Shown piece by piece: positions 35,014 through 44,130 of a stretch of DNA of 51,289 nt (positions within the stretch are counted from its first letter, which is position 1; every line of letters starts with the position of its first letter). The stretch is from an uncultured Burkholderiales bacterium (GTDB lineage Bacteria > Vulcanimicrobiota > Xenobia > Xenobiales > QWHO01), in contig CAZWUN010000005.1 of the NCBI GenBank assembly GCA_964637145.1, positions 1-51,289 of the forward strand, written 5' to 3'. Under the pieces are notes generated by a model, which worked only from the letters and a program-made list of their open reading frames with translations, ran no database searches and was not told the DNA's origin. A program made the translations under genes and the position numbers.

Positions 35014-35505
35014 TCAGACGTTATGCTCGCTGCGGGCCGCTCGCCTCTGGTAGTCGATCTCGGTCAGGATTTCTTCGAACTTTGGGAAGAAGAACTGCTC
35101 AATTCGGGCGAACGAGGTGCCATCGCTGACGGTGGCCACCATGAAGCTGCCCTTTATCCGCTGGGGCTTGAGCAGAGTGACATTTCGCCAGCGGATGGCC
35201 AGCTCTTGCTTTCCATTCTCGTAAAGCAGGCAGTCGGGCCGGAGGGTAAAGCGCTTCCCGCGGTAGGCATTGAAGGCCAGAACGGGCATCAGAAGCAAGA
35301 GCAGGGACATTCCGATGGGGAGGTAGCCGGCCACGAACCGCAGACCGGGCTCATTCAATGCCTTGGGGATTCCGATGTTCAACTCGTAGAGCCCGGCGGC
35401 GATTCCCAGCAGGCTTACCACCACGGCTGCGATGGCAAAGGGCCAGAAGCGCTTCATGCTGGCTTGATAGACTTTAAATTGTGGCTCTTGCTTCTTGGGA
35501 GGCAC
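35014..35505 (-). CDS. membrane protein with two TM segments and a PH-like C-terminal region, function unknown
   Basis: Two hydrophobic helices (FWPFAIAAVVVSLLGIAAGLY; YLPIGMSLLLLLMPVLAF) followed by a soluble ~80-aa domain. G/C-rich third positions. Confidence 0.5.
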   Translation of the reverse strand: MPPKKQEPQFKVYQASMKRFWPFAIAAVVVSLLGIAAGLYELNIGIPKALNEPGLRFVAGYLPIGMSLLLLLMPVLAFNAYRGKRFTLRPDCLLYENGKQELAIRWRNVTLLKPQRIKGSFMVATVSDGTSFARIEQFFFPKFEEILTEIDYQRRAARSEHNV

Positions 35506-35613
35506 ACCCTCTCTTTCTTGGCAAAGCAGGGTCTTCCCTACCCTTAAAGGGAAACTGCGACAGGATTCGCCTCCTCAGACGAGAAAATTCCTCCAGGGAG
35601 GACTGGAGTGAGA

Positions 35614-36027
35614 ATGCAGGTTCGCCACCGGCGGGGGTTCACGCTGATCGAGCTCATGATCGTGCTGATGCTCTTCGTCATCCTGCTGACCTTGATGATG
35701 CCCAGCCTGATCAGGGCCCGCTATCGGGCCCAGTTGACCGCCTGCATGGATACCGTGAAGCACATCGCTACCGCTCTCGAGCAATATTCGGTAGACAATA
35801 AGGTCTACCCCAATGCTCTCGATCCCACCTTCACTCAGGCCTATCTCAGCCGCCCCAAGGTGGTCTGTCCAAGCTCGCAGCAAGATTATACCTACCAGGT
35901 CGACAACGTGGAGCATAGCTTCACCATTTACTGCGGGACCGGCATGCACGTAGTGGCCCTGCCGGGAGTGGTCCTCAACGGTTTCCCCCAGTTCTCACAT
36001 CATCTCGGCTCGGTCATGCTCAAGTAG
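35614..36027 (+). CDS. prepilin-type (type IV pilin / T2SS pseudopilin-like) protein
   Basis: Class III signal: RRG-FTLIELMIVLMLFVILL, with Gly at -1, Phe at +1 and Glu at +5. GGAG lies 6 nt upstream of ATG 35614. Confidence 0.8.
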   Translation: MQVRHRRGFTLIELMIVLMLFVILLTLMMPSLIRARYRAQLTACMDTVKHIATALEQYSVDNKVYPNALDPTFTQAYLSRPKVVCPSSQQDYTYQVDNVEHSFTIYCGTGMHVVALPGVVLNGFPQFSHHLGSVMLK

Positions 36028-36112
36028 AACTGTTCACGCCGTTTTCACAAAAGTCAGGGCCGGCTCGCTTATGCTCCCGCCAGACGGACAGACAGCAAGC
36101 AGGAGGAACCCC

Positions 36113-36808
36113 GTGCAAACCGCAGCCCTGGCATTTCGGCCCGCTCTGGCGCTTGGAACCGCGGGCACGCAGACCTGGAAGAACGGTGTCGTGCACACCG
36201 ACGGCTCGGCCGATGTGTACGAGCTTCCCAGCCAGACTCCGGGCGTGCCCCGGCGCATCGAAGTTCGGCCTGTTCTGTGGGGGCTGTTGGGCAAGGAGGT
36301 GACGGCCACCGACTGTCAGGGCAAGCCGCTGCAGGCTACGCGGGACTGGAGTGGACTGGTGACCCGTGATCCGCGCTCGGGCTTGGAGACGGTGCTCGAC
36401 CCGAAGGCCCGGACGATCACTGTTTCAACTCCGATGGTGCGCGAGAAGCTCGAAGACAAGAATAACTTCCAGCGCGACAGCTATCATCGGGAGGCCCGTC
36501 AGGAGGTCGATGGCGAGGGCAACTGCCGCTATGTGAGCAATCTGCACGGTGAGAGCGAGGCTGTGATGATCTCCATGGTGCGCGAGATGCCTCCCAACCA
36601 GCGCTGCGTGACCCGCGACAGCAAGAGCTGGGAGGAGACCACGCTGGCTCCGGGGCAAGCGCCGGAGACCCGGAGGCTGAGCTCGGAGCAGCACACCGGA
36701 CCTCGCCAGGAAGCGACCCTCTCCAGCTCGCTCTCACTCGATGGCAAGCTGGTCGTGGTGGGCGACGACGGAGTTACCCGAACCTACGAGATGTTTCTGA
36801 AGGTCTGA
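36113..36808 (+). CDS. hypothetical protein
   Basis: GTG 36113 is preceded by AGGAGG (36101-36106). Good third-position G/C bias. No family recognised. Confidence 0.5.
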   Translation: MQTAALAFRPALALGTAGTQTWKNGVVHTDGSADVYELPSQTPGVPRRIEVRPVLWGLLGKEVTATDCQGKPLQATRDWSGLVTRDPRSGLETVLDPKARTITVSTPMVREKLEDKNNFQRDSYHREARQEVDGEGNCRYVSNLHGESEAVMISMVREMPPNQRCVTRDSKSWEETTLAPGQAPETRRLSSEQHTGPRQEATLSSSLSLDGKLVVVGDDGVTRTYEMFLKV

Positions 36809-36812
36809 AGCC

Positions 36813-37442
36813 ATGGCAGTGCTCACTCTGATCGCGACCTGTCTGGGAATTTTCCTTTCCATCTTGAATCTGATCGTCTTCCTGCGCGAGAAAGACCGAA
36901 GCTACCTCAAGCTGGCCCTGTCGGTGGTCTTCCTGGGTGGCGCGCTGGTGACCTGTTTGACCCTGCCCGGATTTGCGCCCGATCTGGCCCGGCGCTTCGC
37001 CCGGGAGCTCCCCGACCACCATCTGGTGCGCCTCTGGCTCTCCCAGGCTGGCTCCAGTGAGCAGCCGGGCTCGGCCGTTCCCTTGCGCGGATCCTTCACG
37101 CCGGAGTTGCAGCACAATCTGTTCGGGGGAATCTCAGGGCTCAAGCTCAAGTTTCAGTTTGTCTCCTTGCATCCGGTTCGGGCCCGGGTGCTGGGCTATC
37201 GACTGCGGATCGAGCCCGAGCAGGGTCAGGGGGAGCAGAGCTATGAGCGTCTCCTGTCGGAGCCTCTGGTGATCGAGCCGCACGAAACAGGCCTGGCCGA
37301 AGTGGAAGTGGACCGAGAGATTCTGGAAGCCTACTTTCGCCGAATGGACGCGGCCCATCCCGGGAGGATCTCCATCACCTGGCAGGCGGCCGACGAGCGG
37401 GGTCAGAGTTTCGACTGTTCTGCCGAGGGAGGCACGACCTGA
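36813..37442 (+). CDS. hypothetical membrane protein
   Basis: Starts 4 nt after the previous stop. Two N-terminal TM helices (LTLIATCLGIFLSILNLIVFL; LALSVVFLGGALVTCLTL) and a soluble C-terminal domain. Confidence 0.5.
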   Translation: MAVLTLIATCLGIFLSILNLIVFLREKDRSYLKLALSVVFLGGALVTCLTLPGFAPDLARRFARELPDHHLVRLWLSQAGSSEQPGSAVPLRGSFTPELQHNLFGGISGLKLKFQFVSLHPVRARVLGYRLRIEPEQGQGEQSYERLLSEPLVIEPHETGLAEVEVDREILEAYFRRMDAAHPGRISITWQAADERGQSFDCSAEGGTT

Positions 37443-37443
37443 C

Positions 37444-37959
37444 TCAGACGTTGAGTTGCTCCATGTAGACCATCCGCTTGCGCTGCTCGCGAACCAGGCC
37501 CCAGATCGTCTCCTTCATCTTTTCCGGGTAGGGGATTCCCCGCACGGCAAGGTCGGGCTCGGTCTTGTCGGTACTGATGAGATGCAGATCGCCCACCTTG
37601 AAGAGCCGATTCCAGAAAGTCTGGTTGAAGTTGATGTCCTCGACCCTGACCAGCTTGAGGTCTTCGGAGCTGCGGCCGAAGACGCCTGAGGTTACCGTCA
37701 AGCGCTCGCTGGTCAGTCGATAGTGCCGATTGGCCTTGCGATACCAGGCTACTCCGAGAAAGATCAAAATCGGGACCAACAACAGGAACCCCAGGAACCA
37801 CCAGAGGTTCAAGAGCGAGCTGGCGGCGCAGGTTCCCTCCCAGACGAGTCGCTCGGGCTCATCCGTGGGAGTCGGAGCGTGAGCCTGCATCGACTTGCCG
37901 CAATGATTGCAGAACTGTGAGCCGTCGGGATTGTCCTTGAGACAGGCCGGGCAGTTCAA
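37444..37959 (-). CDS. zinc-ribbon plus bPH_2 (YdbS/YdbT-like PH domain) membrane protein
   Basis: A TTG at 37959 gives the classic MNCPACL...FCNHCG zinc ribbon at the N-terminus. It is followed by a TM hairpin, then HYRLTSERLTVTSGVFGRSSEDLKLVRVEDINFNQTFWNRLFKVGDLHL, the bPH_2 signature. The ORF-track start 38007 would overlap the upstream gene by 47 nt. Confidence 0.7.
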   Translation of the reverse strand: MNCPACLKDNPDGSQFCNHCGKSMQAHAPTPTDEPERLVWEGTCAASSLLNLWWFLGFLLLVPILIFLGVAWYRKANRHYRLTSERLTVTSGVFGRSSEDLKLVRVEDINFNQTFWNRLFKVGDLHLISTDKTEPDLAVRGIPYPEKMKETIWGLVREQRKRMVYMEQLNV

Positions 37960-37960
37960 G

Positions 37961-40474
37961 CTAGCTTCCCATGCTGCGCCACTGGTCGATCCAGTTCTGC
38001 AGCCCATCGATCACGGCCGGGTTGGCGTTCAGGAGGGCCCGATAGAGATCCTGGCCCGATTGGAGCATGGGCTCGAGGTTGGGGTAGGTCTTGCACGCCT
38101 CCTCCAGCACTCCGAGCGAATAGTAGAGCTCTTCCGCCAGCGGCTCGGCGTGGGCCCGACTGGGCTGGCGCCGAAGTCGGTCGAGCTTCTGCTCGACCCC
38201 GTCGAGTCGCTCCAGGAACTGTTGGCGAAGGTTCTTCGGCTCGGGCGCACCGGCGACCGTGGTGCGCCCCGGCACGTGCCCCACGGCCGCTGCCTCGGCT
38301 CCAAAGGTCCAGACGGACTCAAAGGCGGGATCGATCTCACCGGTGACGCGGGTCATGCTGTCGTCCTGGATCAGGCGGCGGACCTCAGGGGTCTCCTTGT
38401 TGATGGTCTCGAGCTTGTCCTTGTGCTTGTCCCGGATCTTGGCGGCCTGCTCGCCTTCGATCTTAGCTCGATCGCTTCCGGGAGGTTTCTGGCGGGTAAA
38501 CTGGGCCTTGGCTCCCTCGGCAATCTTCTTGCCGCCCCCCTGGTATTTGGCCGTCAAACGATTGGAGGTATTGACCCCGGTCTTGGCGGTCAGACCCCGG
38601 TCCTTGCGGACCTCTGGGGATTTGGGCGCCGGGGGAGCCGGAGCGGGTTCGGCCGGGGGCTTTTGCTCGAGCGGCGGCAGTGGCGGAAGTTTGGAGGATG
38701 ATGTTTCAACGACTGGCTGTGGGGGCTGCTGCTTGGGAGGCGGAGGCGGAGGCGTCGGGGGCAGGGACGGCGCGACGGTCGCGGCGCCGGCCTCGGCCAG
38801 CACATGAAGGTGGGCCACGTTCTGCAGATCGAGCAGAACCAGGGCGGTGGCCTGGCTGAGAATGCCGCTCTGGATCGAGAGCTCGCTGATTTCCTGTGTC
38901 AGTGGCGCCTGGTCGGATGGACCGGCCAAGGCGCGCTGTTCTTCCAGGCAAGCCATTCGCAGGCTGGCCCAACCGGCGGCCAGAGCCGGGTTCTTGCTGG
39001 GAAAAGGAGCGATCTTGGCGGTGCGGACCGCGGTTTCGTGCGGGAGTTTGAGCTGCAAAGCCAGGGCACCCTGGCCCGTTTTGCGGCCTGCCGCCGAAAC
39101 CGGTCGCTGGGCCAGGAGGTCGCTCAGATGGGTCGGAACCAGAGAGTCGGGCACAAGACCCAGCCCCTGGTCCTGGAGTTCGAGTTCGAAGGCCACCGGT
39201 TGGCGAAGACTGCCGATGATCCGCTCGACCCCCTCCTTGAGTTGATCGGCTTGGACCTGGAAGGCATGACCGCGGCACTGATCGGAGAGTCGACTCAAGA
39301 CGACCTGGTTTTCGCCTGAAAGGCTGAAAGCATAGAGCCGGCCGGGGAGAGGACGAGTCCGGGCGGCTTTGATGAGTTCGCCACCCTGGGGCAGGCTCGA
39401 ACCGGTGATGAGCACGAGCCAGAGGGTGCGGCCCGTTCCCGGCACCGCCCGCAGTTGGTCGAGAACCTTGGGCAGATCGGCTGTCCCGGCTGGAGCCAGG
39501 GTCTTCAGCCACTCAAGCGCGGCCGGACGCTCGGCCGGTCCGGTCAGGCGCCCCCCGGATGGCCCGGCAAGTTGCTCGTTGTAGGCCCAGATCGCGAACC
39601 GGTCGCGTTCACCCAGCATTCCCAGGGCCTGGGTCAGGGCCGCGCGAGCACCCTCGAGGTTGGCCCCGGCCATCGCCTGAGAGCGGTCGAGCAGGAACAC
39701 CACGTCCACCCCGGCCGGGCTGGGGACCGTATTCTTGGGGGGCAGAATTCCGACATGGAAGTGCTGGTCGCCGGCAAAGAGTTGAACTCTGGGCTGCTCG
39801 GCCCCAAGCCGGAACCGGAGGGTGAAATCGCGAGGCTTCAGCTCCGCCGGGCGGGCCAGTTCGATGCGCAGATCCCCCCTCTGGCTCGATTGCGTGGCGG
39901 TGGGCTGGCTGGCTGCCAGCCGGGCCGGTGGCACCCCGGCTGTTTCGAGCACGGTCACCATCTGGAAATTGGCCGGCACGCTCCCAGCCTGGTCCAGCAT
40001 AGGAAAATGGAACACCAGGTCGCCACCGGCTTGCGGCTCGAGGGTCTCGACATAGGCCAGGTTGATGGCTACCTCGGAACCGGGGGGCACGGCTCCGAGA
40101 CTGATCTGAAGGGTATCGATCGATTGCTGGGTGAGGGTGGCTGGTTGGCCCTTGGCCAGCACGGCTTGATAGGCTTGCATGGCCCGCGCCCGGTCCTGCA
40201 GCCGCCCTTCCAGGACTTTACCCGCAACCTGAGCCCGAAAACGACTGAGCCTGGCACCGGGGGGGAAGGCGAGCTGGTAGGTCAGCGGAGCTGTTCCGGA
40301 CCCGGCGGTATAGCGCGCCGTGCTCTCCACCCAGGCAAGCGTTCCAGAGATCCAGACTCGAACGGATGCGTCCAAAAGCTGACCGCCCGAGAGCATGCCA
40401 GGGCCAAGACCCCGCGAAATCGAGGGGCACTCGGCATCGCCAAGTAGCTCCAGGGCCCGGGCAGCTGCCTCCAT
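37961..40474 (-). CDS. VIT plus von Willebrand A domain protein with Pro-rich linker and helical C-terminal region
   Basis: N-terminal VIT-like region (VRVWISGTLAWVESTARY...FRAQVAGKVLEGRL...). vWA with VDVVFLLDRSQAM (MIDAS-like DxSxA) and RFAIWAYN. A PPTPPPPPPKQQPPQP linker. The ATG shares one base with the upstream stop. Confidence 0.85.
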   Translation of the reverse strand: MEAAARALELLGDAECPSISRGLGPGMLSGGQLLDASVRVWISGTLAWVESTARYTAGSGTAPLTYQLAFPPGARLSRFRAQVAGKVLEGRLQDRARAMQAYQAVLAKGQPATLTQQSIDTLQISLGAVPPGSEVAINLAYVETLEPQAGGDLVFHFPMLDQAGSVPANFQMVTVLETAGVPPARLAASQPTATQSSQRGDLRIELARPAELKPRDFTLRFRLGAEQPRVQLFAGDQHFHVGILPPKNTVPSPAGVDVVFLLDRSQAMAGANLEGARAALTQALGMLGERDRFAIWAYNEQLAGPSGGRLTGPAERPAALEWLKTLAPAGTADLPKVLDQLRAVPGTGRTLWLVLITGSSLPQGGELIKAARTRPLPGRLYAFSLSGENQVVLSRLSDQCRGHAFQVQADQLKEGVERIIGSLRQPVAFELELQDQGLGLVPDSLVPTHLSDLLAQRPVSAAGRKTGQGALALQLKLPHETAVRTAKIAPFPSKNPALAAGWASLRMACLEEQRALAGPSDQAPLTQEISELSIQSGILSQATALVLLDLQNVAHLHVLAEAGAATVAPSLPPTPPPPPPKQQPPQPVVETSSSKLPPLPPLEQKPPAEPAPAPPAPKSPEVRKDRGLTAKTGVNTSNRLTAKYQGGGKKIAEGAKAQFTRQKPPGSDRAKIEGEQAAKIRDKHKDKLETINKETPEVRRLIQDDSMTRVTGEIDPAFESVWTFGAEAAAVGHVPGRTTVAGAPEPKNLRQQFLERLDGVEQKLDRLRRQPSRAHAEPLAEELYYSLGVLEEACKTYPNLEPMLQSGQDLYRALLNANPAVIDGLQNWIDQWRSMGS

Positions 40475-40947
40475 CAGTTCCTTTCCCTCAGTTTTGTAGT
40501 CCCAGGTTCGCTCCCGGGGGCTTCCGCCCCTACTGCGCTCCGGGTCAAGTCCCGGGTGAGCAGGGTGCGGACCTCGGCTCGTATGGGTCGAGTCTGGCCG
40601 GTCACATAGTCATAGCCTACCTGGACGGTGCGCCCGATGGCGGCCACCTGTCCATCGCCCCGTCGGGCTTCGTACTCGAGGTCAAAGCTCTTGTTTCCCA
40701 GTTTGGAGCAGCGCACGCCCACCCGGAGGGTTTCAGGAAAGGAAACGCTGCTGCGGTAATCGCATTCGACCCGGGCCAGGATGAAGTCCAGCGCGGCCAC
40801 CGATGAAACCCCGGTCAACTGCATCCAGTAGGCTGTGCGCGCGATTTCGAAGTAAGTGAGAAAACTGGCGTGGTTTACGTGGCCGAGAGCGTCCAGGTCG
40901 CGAAAGCGTACCTCAACCGGATGCTCGAAGCCAAACTCCCCGTCCAT
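40474..40947 (-). CDS. 4HBT/YbgC-like acyl-CoA thioesterase (hotdog fold)
   Basis: VRFRDLDALGHVNHASFLTYFEIART is the characteristic 4HBT motif. Internal ATG 40947 is chosen because the upstream ORF codons overlap the preceding gene's stop region. Confidence 0.8.
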   Translation of the reverse strand: MDGEFGFEHPVEVRFRDLDALGHVNHASFLTYFEIARTAYWMQLTGVSSVAALDFILARVECDYRSSVSFPETLRVGVRCSKLGNKSFDLEYEARRGDGQVAAIGRTVQVGYDYVTGQTRPIRAEVRTLLTRDLTRSAVGAEAPGSEPGTTKLRERN

Positions 40948-40994
40948 GCTGGCTCGCCCATTCGCCCAGTATGGGAAGGCAACCTGCCCTCTGC

Positions 40995-42791
40995 TCACCG
41001 ATAGACCAGATAGAGGCTGGTGGCGACAAATCCGGCAGTGAGGACAACCGGGAGCAGCAGACGCATGATTCCATTGCTGATGAAACGATCCAGAATTCCA
41101 GTAACCGACAGGAAGAGATAGATGCTGGCCCCGAGATTGAAGGCGGCAAACCAGACGAACTGGTGGGAGTAGCTCATCACGGCCAGCTCGGGGTGCAGGA
41201 AAAGCCGGCTCGACAGGGCTGGCCCGGTCAGGATCACGGACAGGATGATCAGCGGCAGCGTCATCCCCAGCAGGTAAATCATCCCGAATTCGCTCTGCTG
41301 GCGGTTGGGCAGGCGCTGGTAGAGCTTGGTGGTGATGAGCGGGGCCAGCACGGCCAGCAGGAAGTAGAAGAGAGCCGTGGTTTCGACCATCGGCAAGACG
41401 TCCACCTCCAGGGCGGAGATGCCCGAGCCCTGAAGCGAGACTGGTTGTCGGCCCAGGTAGGACTCCTGAAAGGCCGTGCTGGTATAGCTCAGAAGGTAAT
41501 GCTTGATGCGCCCCAACGAGTAGTAGAAGCGGAACAGGATGTAAGCGGTGCCGATCAAGCTGGGGGCAAGCAACAGCAGAATGGCTCGAGCCGGTGTCAG
41601 GTTGGGGATCTTCGAGCTGGGCAGCAGCATGGTGAGCGGGATCTTCCTGACCTCATGCGGCGTCTGGATGATCAGATACTCGGGTTCGTCAGCCAGGGCT
41701 GCCGGATCGATCCAGTAGTCAATCCGGGCATAGCTGCCTTGAAAGACAGTCGGCTTCACGGTCACCTTGGGGTGGGTCGCGCGGATCTGACCGGTGACCG
41801 GGCTGTCGTCGGGCAGGATGATTTCCACGCGCCCCCTGTAGGAGTATCGCCCCTCCTGACTGCGGTCGGGACCGACATAGGTGATCTGGTGGTGTAATCT
41901 CGGGGCGGGGGGGGGCTCTGGCGGCTTCTCCTCGACCACCTCTTCCTTCTTCTTGATCGGGCCGGTATGCTCACGCTGGAGCATGCTCACGATCAGCCGG
42001 GTCAATTCCTCGGCTTCCTGCGGAGCCGGCCCGCCCGGGGCGGGTCGTGAGGTGGCCCCGGAAACCGGGGGCGGGGAGACTGCTCCCGACTTTCGGCCCT
42101 CTCGCAAGCGTAGCGTGAAGCCGGTGCGAAGCAGACGGTCTCGCCAGCGAACGACCATCTCCATCTGTCCGAACTTCGAGCCGGTCTCGAAGCGATGGTC
42201 GCAATCTTGGAGAAAGCGGCGCGAAGCCAGCACCCAATCATGCAAGACCGGAAGAAAGACTTTGAGCTGTTGCTCGCACACCTCCACCGGGGGCGTTTCC
42301 TGGGTAGAGGCAAACCAGGTAGTCAGCTGTTCCTTCCCCTCCATCGGCTCGCCCGCGCCCAGCAGGCGGGTGAAGGTGCGGGGGCCCCAGCCCGGCTCCA
42401 CGAAGACCTCCAGCAGCACGCGGGCCAGCGGGTCTTCGGTCATGTCGGCCAGGGCATTCAAAGAGAGCACGATCAGCTCGACTCGCTCGGTTGTGCTGCG
42501 GGCCTCGCGCCAGAGGGTGAGCACTTCGGGAGGAGGTGCGGCCAGGCTGCGCCATGCAGCCGGCAGGACGCCCGCATAGTATCGGGTCAGCAGGCCCAGG
42601 GCGTCGCGGGTGGCTGCCCAGCAGCGAACCGGGTCCCCCTGAGCCAGCTTGCGCTCGAGCTCTCGCAATAAGACGACCAGATGGTCAGGGGCGCCGACCG
42701 GCACCAGGGGCGCGTCCAAGCCCTCCAGGGCATTGCTGGCCGGCGGTGTGCCTGAAGAGGCGGGCGGGTTATGCCCTGCAAGCTCGGACAT
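40995..42791 (-). CDS. large membrane protein (helical N-domain, beta-rich middle, about six C-terminal TM helices), function unknown
   Basis: ATG 42791 (MSELAGHN...) is the first start clear of the upstream gene. The C-terminal third is strongly hydrophobic (ILLLLAPSLIGTAYILF, LFYFLLAVLAPLITT, MIYLLGMTLPLIILSVIL, FVWFAAFNLGASIYLFL, LLLPVVLTAGFVATSLYL). Confidence 0.6.
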   Translation of the reverse strand: MSELAGHNPPASSGTPPASNALEGLDAPLVPVGAPDHLVVLLRELERKLAQGDPVRCWAATRDALGLLTRYYAGVLPAAWRSLAAPPPEVLTLWREARSTTERVELIVLSLNALADMTEDPLARVLLEVFVEPGWGPRTFTRLLGAGEPMEGKEQLTTWFASTQETPPVEVCEQQLKVFLPVLHDWVLASRRFLQDCDHRFETGSKFGQMEMVVRWRDRLLRTGFTLRLREGRKSGAVSPPPVSGATSRPAPGGPAPQEAEELTRLIVSMLQREHTGPIKKKEEVVEEKPPEPPPAPRLHHQITYVGPDRSQEGRYSYRGRVEIILPDDSPVTGQIRATHPKVTVKPTVFQGSYARIDYWIDPAALADEPEYLIIQTPHEVRKIPLTMLLPSSKIPNLTPARAILLLLAPSLIGTAYILFRFYYSLGRIKHYLLSYTSTAFQESYLGRQPVSLQGSGISALEVDVLPMVETTALFYFLLAVLAPLITTKLYQRLPNRQQSEFGMIYLLGMTLPLIILSVILTGPALSSRLFLHPELAVMSYSHQFVWFAAFNLGASIYLFLSVTGILDRFISNGIMRLLLPVVLTAGFVATSLYLVYR

Positions 42792-42837
42792 CGATCTGAG
42801 GCTACTTCGCCCCCGCGGCAGCTCAGCCTTCCGCCGG

Positions 42838-43926
42838 CTACCTCTCGGTGAGCTCGGTCCACACCTGACCCAGGCGTGACTGGCAGTGCCGGGCCAGGTT
42901 GAGAAGCTTTTGCAGGTCGCCGATGCGCTCGTCCATCGCCAGTTCGACCACGGCCGCCCGATCGGGGAAATAGGATACCAGAACCAGCATGGAGGGCCCG
43001 CTCGGCGGCGGCGCAGCGGACTCCTCCTCGACCTCATTTTGAGTGGTCTGGGAGGGCGTGAGGGCGGCTTGATCGATGCGGGTAGGTACCCCTCGGAAAC
43101 TGGGCGCCTGCGAGCTGGCTGCCATTCCGGCGTCGAGGTAATCGGGCCTTGCCGGGCCGGTGGGGGTGATGTCGCCAAACGCGACCGAAGGGGATGGAGA
43201 CGCTTGAGGGGCAGGGGGGGCTGGCTCGCCGGCCTGCTTGGGAGCCGCCGGCTCGGGCTCGGCTGGCAGTGGCAGGCGGGCAAGAAAACTCTCGCTGCCG
43301 ATTCCAAAGACTTCCTCCCGCTTGAGCGCGGCTGCCTTGAGGGTATGATAGATCTGCTCGGCCTTGATGCTGGTTGTGCCCCCGTAGACCGCCACCTGAA
43401 CGAATCCGAGGCTCTCGGTGTTGTAGCGCCTCAGGCTGAAGGGCACGGGAGCCTCGCTGCCCCGGGTGCGGAGCATGTTGTTCGGCCGAGAGGTGCGCGG
43501 ACGAAGGCCCGCGCTGGGAGCATAACTGTAGGGAGCAACTTCCCCGAACACTTCGGGCTGGGGTCCGGTGGGCCGGGCCTGTAGCTCAGCCAGGACCTCG
43601 GGAGGCAGATCTTTGGGCAGCGCGGGCTCGAGGGTGGGGAAGGGAGGGACGTCCCACTGTTTTGGGGGCGGAAGAGAGCGTCCCGGGCGCTCCTCGGCCA
43701 CGGGGACGTCGCTCAGAGGCACGACCGGAGGGCCGAGCAGCGAGGGAGCAGACTCTTCGATGCTCTTGAATCGCTGTCCAAGGACGATCTCTTCCTCGAC
43801 GTCGCGCTGGCTCATCAGCGTCACAGCGAGGTCACGGGGGTAGATGGTCGAGTTCTGGGCCTGGCAAAACAGCAGCGAGCCCAGAAACAAGGCCAGCCCA
43901 ACCAATGTGCCCGGCAATCGCCGCAT
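42838..43926 (-). CDS. secreted Pro-rich protein, function unknown
   Basis: Signal peptide MRRLPGTLVGLALFLGSLLFCQAQ. Pro/Ala-rich linkers. It is the first gene of the minus-strand operon. Confidence 0.6.
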   Translation of the reverse strand: MRRLPGTLVGLALFLGSLLFCQAQNSTIYPRDLAVTLMSQRDVEEEIVLGQRFKSIEESAPSLLGPPVVPLSDVPVAEERPGRSLPPPKQWDVPPFPTLEPALPKDLPPEVLAELQARPTGPQPEVFGEVAPYSYAPSAGLRPRTSRPNNMLRTRGSEAPVPFSLRRYNTESLGFVQVAVYGGTTSIKAEQIYHTLKAAALKREEVFGIGSESFLARLPLPAEPEPAAPKQAGEPAPPAPQASPSPSVAFGDITPTGPARPDYLDAGMAASSQAPSFRGVPTRIDQAALTPSQTTQNEVEEESAAPPPSGPSMLVLVSYFPDRAAVVELAMDERIGDLQKLLNLARHCQSRLGQVWTELTER

Positions 43927-43946
43927 CCTAGAACTCCTCTATCCCT

Positions 43947-44058
43947 CTCGCAGGCTCGCTGCGCGCTTCGCTTGCCGTTTGACTACGCTCGCAGGCTCGC
44001 TGCGCGCTTCGCTTGCCCTTTTGACTACGCTCGCAGGCTCGCTGCGCGCTTCGCTTGC
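43947..44058. repeat. 41/42-bp direct tandem repeat, about 2.7 copies, intergenic
   Basis: CTCGCAGGCTCGCTGCGCGCTTCGCTTGCC(G/CT)TTTGACTACG at 43947-43987 and 43988-44029, plus a partial third copy from 44030. It lies between two divergent operons. Confidence 0.85.
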
Positions 44059-44130
44059 TTGTTGGGCTTTGGCGGCTCGAATCCTGCTCACAGGATCTTT
44101 CTTGCGGCCGCGCGAACCGCGTGCTCTGTC

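Noticed and set aside
43947-44058. Tandem repeat considered as a possible CRISPR array.
   Set aside because: The copies abut directly with no spacers, there are only about 2.7 units, and no cas genes are nearby.
43972-44130. N-terminal extension of the MBL hydrolase ORF (repeated LAARFAC peptides).
   Set aside because: It is just the tandem DNA repeat read in frame. The conserved MBL N-terminus (MLSLQFLGAAG) starts at ATG 44131.
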